Shown: in pieces, positions 23,317 through 29,454 of the stretch | How positions within the stretch are numbered: the stretch's first letter is position 1 | Layout: the number at the start of each line of letters is the position of its first letter | DNA from: Minisyncoccota bacterium | GTDB taxonomy: Bacteria > Patescibacteriota > Minisyncoccia > Phycocordibacterales > UBA5272 | Assembly: GCA_043759615.1 (NCBI GenBank) | Contig: JAYVLF010000016.1 | Location: 1 to 29,454, forward strand | Length of the DNA stretch: 29,454 bases | Reading direction: 5' to 3' | The notes under the pieces: generated by a model | What the model saw: only the letters and a program-made list of their open reading frames with translations | What the model was told of the DNA's origin: nothing | The model's database searches: none | Translations under genes and position numbers: made by a program

Positions 23317-24552
23317 ATGGAAGAAACCTTTTATACAAAAAATAAATCTCTTGTTTTTCTTGGTGCTTTTTTTATTATACTAATAATCTCTATCTACGTT
23401 TGGTTTTTATATTTTAAAAAAGACAATACAATCGCAGTCAACAATAACCCTTTAAATCTACCGATAACGGGGGAGGATAGGGATAATAGCTATACCGATG
23501 GACAATATCAAAATCAAAATGATATAGAAGTTGACAATGAGGGGGTTTATCGAGTTATTTGGCACGTGTACGACAAGTCTGTTGCTGGTTATGGTTTTTC
23601 TTATTTGGATGCGACTAGTACCATATTATTTGTAGATAAGGCTACTGGTAATATATACAAAGCGGTTTACAATGAAGATACTGATGATTTTGATAAAGTT
23701 AAAATCTCAAACACCATCTTTAAAAATGTATCTTCAGCAGTTTTTAGTTCTGGAGGAGACTATGTGATGATGAGTTATAAAAACAGTAAGAATATATCAG
23801 AAACTTATGTGGCCAAGGTTCCTCGTACAGAGAACACTGAGAGGTTAGAGGGAGAAATAGTGGGTCAAGGTATACGCAGTATAGTAACATCTCTCTCTGG
23901 GGCAAAATTTGCCTACCTGAAGAGTTTTGGAGTAGGGAGTAGTATAAACATATATGATGCTATAGCTAAAAAAGAGACCCAAATAACAAATCTACCTATC
24001 AGTGAACTAAATCTAACTTTCATCGCTAACAACAATCTCATCGCCAGCACAAAACCAACAGCTTTTGCCGCTCAGCAAAATTTTATATTAGATACTAATA
24101 CAAAAAAAATATCTGATTTTGTTACTAGCACAGGAACCATTAACATCTCACCTTCAGGGAAAAGTTATATAGCTTCTGAGGGGTTAAACTTAACCCATTA
24201 TGAAGCTCCTTATGGTGTCTCCCAATCATTCTCAGCTTTTACGATCTCTGACAAATGTGTCTGGTATTCTGTTTCACTTATATGTGCTAGCGATAAGACA
24301 AATAGACCAAGCTCGGTTTCATATCCAGACTCCTGGTACAAAGGATATGTTAGGTTTTCTGACTCTTTGATGTTCCTAGACACGACAAACAAGAAGATAA
24401 ACGATACTTATAATCTAAGTTTTGAAGCGGGGGAACTTATTGATTTTTATCACCCAAAGATAAGCGCAGACAATAAATACATAAACTTCACAAACAAAAG
24501 AGACGGCAGTCTTTGGATTTTTGCCACAGCACAAATAGCTCCTAATAATTAA
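23317..24552 (+). CDS. Single-pass membrane protein with a probable TolB-like beta-propeller ectodomain
   Basis: N-terminal TM; recurring blade-like motifs FSSGGDYV, TSLSGAKFAY, ISPSGKSYI, ISADNKYINF. Confidence 0.75.
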   Translation: MEETFYTKNKSLVFLGAFFIILIISIYVWFLYFKKDNTIAVNNNPLNLPITGEDRDNSYTDGQYQNQNDIEVDNEGVYRVIWHVYDKSVAGYGFSYLDATSTILFVDKATGNIYKAVYNEDTDDFDKVKISNTIFKNVSSAVFSSGGDYVMMSYKNSKNISETYVAKVPRTENTERLEGEIVGQGIRSIVTSLSGAKFAYLKSFGVGSSINIYDAIAKKETQITNLPISELNLTFIANNNLIASTKPTAFAAQQNFILDTNTKKISDFVTSTGTINISPSGKSYIASEGLNLTHYEAPYGVSQSFSAFTISDKCVWYSVSLICASDKTNRPSSVSYPDSWYKGYVRFSDSLMFLDTTNKKINDTYNLSFEAGELIDFYHPKISADNKYINFTNKRDGSLWIFATAQIAPNN

Positions 24553-24556
24553 ATTA

Positions 24557-25216
24557 TTACTTATTTATCTTTTCCAAAAAGTAATATTGAAATACCCCGA
24601 AAACATTACTCGTGATGAAATATATAACTATACCTGCCGGTAAAAAGACAGATGTTACAAGTATCAAAACAGGAAGGAAATACCTCATTTGGAGTACCAT
24701 CATTTTGTTAAAATCCTTTTGAAATTGTGAAGCTGTGCTGGATTCTTGGTTTACCATCTCTTTTGTTGAAATAAACATGAGTAGGAGCATACTTAGGAAT
24801 GAGAATACAGCTAAAATATAATTGTGCTCTGTTATGTTTATGTTGAAATAAGTAACCTTGTCTGTTACGCTAGCAACTTCTTTTAGAAGTATCTGATAGA
24901 GTCCGATAAGTATCGGAAATTGTATTAAAATATTGAGTAAACTAGAAAATGGTTTAATTTTATTTTCTTTATAGAGTTTTTGTAATTCTATTCCTTGGGT
25001 TTTCAGGTCACCTTTGTGTTTTTCTTTTAGTTTATCTACTTCTCCTTGTATTTTCTTGATATTCTTTTGTGTTCTAGATGAAGATATGTTTAGAGGTAGG
25101 AGTAGGGTCTTTATGAGAATAGTCATAAGAACTATAGCCACACCAATATCTCCACTAAAGGCTAATAGTGTGTGTAATGTATTTAGTAGGGGAGTGATTA
25201 TGATTGTATTCCACAT
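24557..25216 (-). CDS. yidC: Minimal YidC/Oxa1 family membrane insertase
   Basis: GVAIVLMTILIKTLLLPL, coiled-coil ...LYKENKIKPFS, LIQFPILIGLYQ, FLPAGIVIYFITSNVF; no periplasmic P1 domain; overlaps the rnpA 3' end. Confidence 0.93.
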   Translation of the reverse strand: MWNTIIITPLLNTLHTLLAFSGDIGVAIVLMTILIKTLLLPLNISSSRTQKNIKKIQGEVDKLKEKHKGDLKTQGIELQKLYKENKIKPFSSLLNILIQFPILIGLYQILLKEVASVTDKVTYFNINITEHNYILAVFSFLSMLLLMFISTKEMVNQESSTASQFQKDFNKMMVLQMRYFLPVLILVTSVFLPAGIVIYFITSNVFGVFQYYFLEKINK

Positions 25217-25509
25217 AAAGATTGTTTGATTTTTTGATAGTTTTTAATGTCGGAACTTTTATTAATAGCTTGTATTATATAGATATTTTCTTTTTTATTG
25301 AGTGATAGCTCTTTATAAGCATAACATATTCTTCTTTTTAATTTATGTCTATCTACAGATCTTTTTAGTATCTTTTTTGTTATAACAATGGCAAGTTTTC
25401 CTTCTTTATTTTTTATGGTCTTACATTTAAAAAGGGGAGTAATGATATTACTCCCTCTCTCTAAACTTTTAAAGTCTTTGGTTTTAAGGCGGTTTTGCCT
25501 ATTTAGCAT
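25198..25509 (-). CDS. rnpA: Ribonuclease P protein component
   Basis: MLNRQNRL start, LAIVITKK, SVDRHKLKRR (variant RNR motif); rpmH-rnpA-yidC synteny. Confidence 0.88.
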   Translation of the reverse strand: MLNRQNRLKTKDFKSLERGSNIITPLFKCKTIKNKEGKLAIVITKKILKRSVDRHKLKRRICYAYKELSLNKKENIYIIQAINKSSDIKNYQKIKQSLCGIQS

Positions 25510-25518
25510 AGTATAAAA

Positions 25519-25680
25519 TTATTTTCCTGATAGCTTTGCCGAAGGTTTAACTGAAAGCTTTGTTCTTCCTGCACGTCTTCTTCTTAGGAGTATATTTCTT
25601 CCTCCTGCGCTGGCACTACGAACAAGGAATCCGTGGGTGGTCATGCGCTTCTTTCTTTTTGGTTGATATGTTACTGACAT
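25519..25680 (-). CDS. rpmH: 50S ribosomal protein L34 (absent from the ORF track)
   Basis: Manual translation: MSVTYQPKRKKRMTTHGFLVRSASAGGRNILLRRRRAGRTKLSVKPSAKLSGK*, 53 aa. Confidence 0.96.
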   Translation of the reverse strand: MSVTYQPKRKKRMTTHGFLVRSASAGGRNILLRRRRAGRTKLSVKPSAKLSGK

Positions 25681-25686
25681 TTCACT

Positions 25687-25715
25687 ATTCTATATCAAAA
25701 AAGACTTTTTGGCAA
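25687..25715 (-). promoter_or_regulatory. Sigma70 promoter of rpmH (leaderless)
   Basis: TTGCCA (25715-25710), 17-nt spacer, TAGAAT (25692-25687), 6 nt before ATG. Confidence 0.7.
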
Positions 25716-25754
25716 GGTACACATTTTCCAATTAAAAGAGTATAATACTAACAT

Positions 25755-27095
25755 ATGGATTATGAACAACTTTGGAATACTGTGCTCACTCAGATGGAGT
25801 TAGAAGTTTCTAGGGTTAATTTTAACACTTGGTTCAAAAACTCAAAGATGGTCGACTATAAAGATGGTGATGTTTCTGTTGGTGTTGCGAATCAGTTCAT
25901 AAAAGACTGGTTAGAGCAAAAATATAAAAAAGATTTACTTCGTATTTTACGTTCTGTTCAGAGTAGTGTGAGATCTCTTACCTTTGTGGTGGTGAAGATG
26001 GATAGTATACAAAAGAAGTCTGGTATAGTTGAGAACAACAGTAATTCTAGTTTGCCACTAAGTGATCTTTATATTAATAAAGAAGATGGTTTAAATCCAA
26101 AATACACTTTTGATAACTATATCATTGGGCCGTTTAATGATGTAGCTCATGCTACGGGGCAGGCGATAATACAAAACCCAGGACTTTCTTACAATCCATT
26201 TTTTGTTTATGGTTCTACTGGCCTTGGTAAAACTCACCTCCTTCAAGCTATAGGAAATAGTATCAAGAAAAAGTACGCTGATAAAAAGATTTACTACACA
26301 TCTCTTGAGAGATATTATATGGAGTATGTGAATGCTACTGCACAGAGTAGGATACCTCATTTTAAAGATAAATATAGGAAATTTGATGTGTTTATTATGG
26401 ACGATATCCAATTTATTAGCGGAAAAGACAAAACACAAGATGAGCTTTTCCATCTTTTTAACATGATGTATGAGACGAATAAACAAATCATCTTTTCTTC
26501 TGATATACATCCGAATTTTATTGTTGGACTAGATGATCGTCTAAGATCTAGATTTAATCATGGTATGGTGGTTGATGTTAATACCCCTCCTTTTGAGTCT
26601 AGGATAGCTATACTTCAAAATAAAGCCAAGAATTATAGGGATAAAATAGAAACTGAGGTATTAGAACATATCGCTGAGAATGTTCATGGTAATATACGTG
26701 AGCTAGAAGGTATATTCACAACCCTAATCACCCAATCATCAGTAAAGGGGTCCATACTTACTGTGGCAGATGTTAAGAATTATTTAAAGAATAATGTAAA
26801 ATTAAAGAAAAGTGTTTCTGTTCAGGATATAGTAAAAACTGTTTGTGTATATTACAACACTACAGAAAGTTTTATTTATAATAAAACTAGAAGAAAAGAT
26901 ATTATTAAACCTCGTCAAATCATAATGTATATTTTGCGTGAATATTATGATATGAGTTACCCTTTAATAGGAGAAAAGATGGGTGGTAGAGATCATACTA
27001 CAGTAATACACTCTTATGAGAAAATTAAAAAAGACCTCAAAGCTGACCCATCTCTTATGAAAGAAATAGAGGAGATACGTTCGATGATTTTATAA
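25755..27095 (+). CDS. dnaA: Chromosomal replication initiator DnaA
   Basis: FNTWF, LNPKYTFDNYIIG, YGSTGLGKTHLLQAIG, DDIQF, IRELEG, PRQIIMY, GGRDHTTVIHS; TATAAT 8 nt before ATG. Confidence 0.98.
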   Translation: MDYEQLWNTVLTQMELEVSRVNFNTWFKNSKMVDYKDGDVSVGVANQFIKDWLEQKYKKDLLRILRSVQSSVRSLTFVVVKMDSIQKKSGIVENNSNSSLPLSDLYINKEDGLNPKYTFDNYIIGPFNDVAHATGQAIIQNPGLSYNPFFVYGSTGLGKTHLLQAIGNSIKKKYADKKIYYTSLERYYMEYVNATAQSRIPHFKDKYRKFDVFIMDDIQFISGKDKTQDELFHLFNMMYETNKQIIFSSDIHPNFIVGLDDRLRSRFNHGMVVDVNTPPFESRIAILQNKAKNYRDKIETEVLEHIAENVHGNIRELEGIFTTLITQSSVKGSILTVADVKNYLKNNVKLKKSVSVQDIVKTVCVYYNTTESFIYNKTRRKDIIKPRQIIMYILREYYDMSYPLIGEKMGGRDHTTVIHSYEKIKKDLKADPSLMKEIEEIRSMIL

Positions 27096-27366
27096 AACTG
27101 TGTACAAGTATGTGTATAAGTATGTAGATAACTATCATAATAACTGTGAACAGTCTCTCTTTTAAAATTAAATCAAAGTAAAATGTTTGAAGCAATCTTA
27201 AGTAGTTAACATTTTTTACATCCTAATCAACGATTTATAAAAATGAAATAGTAAAAAAGCCTTATTTATTATAAGTTAAAAGTTGTTCAGTTAGTTAACA
27301 GCTTTATATTATTATAATGATTGTATATATAAAACAAATACTATATAATACAAATAACTAAAGGAT
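27096..27366. other. Probable replication origin (oriC)
   Basis: 271-bp very AT-rich dnaA-dnaN spacer. DnaA-box-like 9-mers TGTGTACAA (27099), TGTGTATAA (27111, consensus match), TGTAGATAA (27123), TGTGAACAG (27145); TAGTTAACA twice (27203, 27292); AT-rich tract before dnaN. Confidence 0.8.
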
Positions 27367-28506
27367 ATGAAATTTTACGTCACAGCCACAGCTTTCACTC
27401 AAGCTATTAATTCAATATCGAAAGCTACTAGTAAGAGTAATTCAAATCCTCTTTTAGAGTGTGTGTATCTGAAAGCGGAAGATCATAATCTGACACTGAG
27501 AGCTAGTAATTTAGAGATTATTGCCGAGAAGAATATTTCGATAAAAGGAGAGGTGAATGGATCTGTACTACTAAAGGCTTCAGTTTTTACAAAACTCGTA
27601 AACACATTCTCAAAGAGTGCTGAGAATTTGATAATTGAAAAAGATGGAAATATTTTAAAAGTCTCCTGTGCTGAAGATGTTTTTGAATTAGATGTTTTAA
27701 ATGAAGATTCTTTCCCAAATCTTCCTAGTGGACTTTCTAGTTCCGAAAGTAGTAAATTTTTAGAAATCAGTAAAACCCTTTTCATTGAAAGTATTCGCGC
27801 TGTTTCTTTCGCTGCTTCGACTAGTGAGATAAAACCAGAAATAGCAAGTGTGTATGTGTATACTAAAGACAATTTCTTACACACAGTTTCTACTGATTCA
27901 TATAGATTAGCAGAGAAAAAGATCTACATAGAAGGTTTGGTTGAGGATTTTTCACTTATCATACCTATCAAAAACATCGGAACTATTTTAAGTATATTAG
28001 AAGATGTAACCGACGATAATTTAGTTTTTAGTCCATATAGTGATGGAGTTATCATTTCACTAAAAGATACTAATCTGGCTATCAGGACAATAAGTGGGAC
28101 TTTCCCTGATTATAAACAATTATTTCCAAAAAGCTATATTTTTAAGGTTAATCTGAACAAGTCTGAGATCATAAATGCTCTACAATTAACAACTTTTATA
28201 GCTCTTAATTATGCTTTTTGTAATATAAAATCAGAAAAAGAAAAAAATATATTAAAAATAACCTCAAAAGAAAGTAGTGTAGGATCCACCAAAAAAAGCC
28301 TAAAAGTAGAGTTTGAGCAAGATGGTGAGAGTCAAAATTTTGACGATTTTGAAGTGAATTATAACAGTAATTATTTTCTTGATGGACTACAGAAAATAAA
28401 CAATGAGAAAATAAAAATTAATTTTACCACAGTTTCAAAACCTGCTTTTATTTCATCTCCAGAAGATACAAGTTTTATATATTTATTGATGCCACTAAAC
28501 AGGTAA
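27367..28506 (+). CDS. dnaN: DNA polymerase III beta clamp
   Basis: Downstream of dnaA; LTLRASNLEI, FPNLP, VSTDSYRLAE, ISGTFPDYKQLFP, YLLMPL. Confidence 0.96.
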   Translation: MKFYVTATAFTQAINSISKATSKSNSNPLLECVYLKAEDHNLTLRASNLEIIAEKNISIKGEVNGSVLLKASVFTKLVNTFSKSAENLIIEKDGNILKVSCAEDVFELDVLNEDSFPNLPSGLSSSESSKFLEISKTLFIESIRAVSFAASTSEIKPEIASVYVYTKDNFLHTVSTDSYRLAEKKIYIEGLVEDFSLIIPIKNIGTILSILEDVTDDNLVFSPYSDGVIISLKDTNLAIRTISGTFPDYKQLFPKSYIFKVNLNKSEIINALQLTTFIALNYAFCNIKSEKEKNILKITSKESSVGSTKKSLKVEFEQDGESQNFDDFEVNYNSNYFLDGLQKINNEKIKINFTTVSKPAFISSPEDTSFIYLLMPLNR

Positions 28507-28509
28507 AAT

Positions 28510-28518
28510 TGTGGACAA
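28510..28518. promoter_or_regulatory. DnaA-box-like 9-mer directly after dnaN
   Basis: TGTGGACAA (TTGTCCACA, one mismatch), followed by GTTAAC as seen in oriC. Confidence 0.4.
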
Positions 28519-28565
28519 GTTAACCTTATTTTACAAGAAGATTTGCTATAATATTAGTATAGAAC

Positions 28566-29454
28566 ATGAGCAAAAAACTCACCGGCATTTTTACTATAAT
28601 TTTAAGTCTAAATATACTATCTGCAAACGCACAGTTAGTAAAAAGTTACGCCTTACTGGACGCCTTCTCTTTGAAGACTTATTGTACTATTTCATCCCTT
28701 TCTTTTTATTTACTAGACTCATCAAAATGTCCTATAAAAAAAGATGAGGAAAATATTTCTGATTCCAAAGTAAAAGAACTTATTTTGAATATTAGAAGCA
28801 AAAATCAACCAACATCAGAGACTACTACGCCACAAAAAAATACCACAACTCAAAACCCTACATCAAATAGTTCAGTTAGTAACATCGTATATCAAACAAT
28901 TTTTAAAAATATTACAACAATAATCAAGGGTGAAAAAGGTGAGACGGGTGCAACAGGAGCAAATGGAAAAGATGGTGTTTCTGTTCCTTCTGGTTGGGTT
29001 GGTGGATCGTATGAAGTTTTTTCAAGTTCTGTTTCTGGTGGTGGAATAGGTACTGTTGGCCCGGCCGGGCCAGCTGGTGCGACTGGTCTTGCTGGGGTCG
29101 CTGGTCTAAATGGGTTAGATGGAACAACAACAATAATGTATGCAACAGGAACAGTTGATGCGCTAAATGGAAACATTACAAATCTGAATGCGACAAATAC
29201 TATTTTTGAAAAATCAATCATAGGTAACTCTACTACCACTAACGCAACGAGTACAACCTTTTTTACGAACATCTTAAGATCTGTCACAGGAGTATTTACA
29301 GATATTTTTACAAACAATCTTACAACTAGTAACACAGTCACAGAAACACTAACAAGTACAGGAACCTCAACTTTAGCTACTACTACAGCAACACAACTAA
29401 CAGCTACAGGACAAACCTCTCTTACCAATGCCTCAGCTACTTCAATTACTTCAA
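28566..29454 (+). CDS. Exported collagen-like, Thr-rich repeat surface protein (5' part only; open past the window end; absent from the ORF track)
   Basis: Manual translation from ATG 28566 (in-frame TAG at 28560; TGCTATAAT at 28544): MSKKLTGIFTIILSLNILSANA signal, then GEKGETGATGANGKDG, GPAGPAGATGLAGVAGLNGLDG and NATST/LATTT repeats; no stop up to 29454. Confidence 0.88.
   Translation, partial: MSKKLTGIFTIILSLNILSANAQLVKSYALLDAFSLKTYCTISSLSFYLLDSSKCPIKKDEENISDSKVKELILNIRSKNQPTSETTTPQKNTTTQNPTSNSSVSNIVYQTIFKNITTIIKGEKGETGATGANGKDGVSVPSGWVGGSYEVFSSSVSGGGIGTVGPAGPAGATGLAGVAGLNGLDGTTTIMYATGTVDALNGNITNLNATNTIFEKSIIGNSTTTNATSTTFFTNILRSVTGVFTDIFTNNLTTSNTVTETLTSTGTSTLATTTATQLTATGQTSLTNASATSITS

Noticed and set aside
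12859-24552. ICE or conjugative-element call for the virB4 cluster
   Set aside because: No relaxase, coupling protein, adjacent integrase or direct repeats; flanks and promoters look native, and the xer gene is more than 11 kb away behind housekeeping genes.
24543-24559. TAATAAT-TAA-ATTATTA inverted repeat spanning the two convergent stops
   Set aside because: All-AT 7-bp stem, too weak to call a terminator.
25560-25745. 61-aa plus-strand ORF
   Set aside because: Antisense to the clearly recognisable rpmH.
28511-28747. 78-aa plus-strand ORF after dnaN
   Set aside because: Out-of-frame overlap with the signal-peptide-bearing long ORF from 28566, which has a better promoter context.
28892-29428. 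178-aa and 73-aa minus-strand ORFs
   Set aside because: Val-rich antisense shadows of the Thr-rich collagen-like gene.
1-29454. rRNA, tRNA, CRISPR array, IS element; remaining short opposite-strand ORFs in the track
   Set aside because: Intergenic gaps are too short and show no such signatures; the other short ORFs lie antisense to, or out of frame within, well-supported genes.

Overview
Origin-of-replication region of a small-genome bacterium, most consistent with Patescibacteria/CPR (Parcubacteria-like). The assignment is inferred from the CPR-style PrgI/VirB4/pilin cluster, minimal YidC and RnpA, and NATST-repeat surface protein. The code is standard code 11, since TGA is used as a stop. 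Left to right: a proteobacterial-type hfq (-) with its own promoter, Shine-Dalgarno (SD) site and terminator; a XerC/D-family recombinase (-); an SD-led orphan gene; rpsO; an NYN nuclease; a membrane protein; comM/yifB; a LysM-M23 peptidase (-); a 1098-aa charged protein with a small partner gene; pcrA; rsmA; an ~11.7 kb relaxase-less T4SS-like cluster (VirB5-like?, VirB6/TrbL-like, PrgI, split VirB4, triple-Ig protein, pilin-M15 peptidase fusion, beta-propeller); yidC-rnpA-rpmH (-); dnaA; oriC; dnaN; and the 5' part of a collagen-like surface protein. rpmH and the last gene are missing from the supplied ORF track. The most unusual signals are the near-canonical Hfq with a degenerate arginine rim, a window-wide leaderless promoter architecture (-10 box 6-8 nt before ATG) from which the two SD-led genes flanking xer stand out, and a pilin fused to a peptidoglycan peptidase. 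All family calls come from motif recognition by eye; no database search was run.
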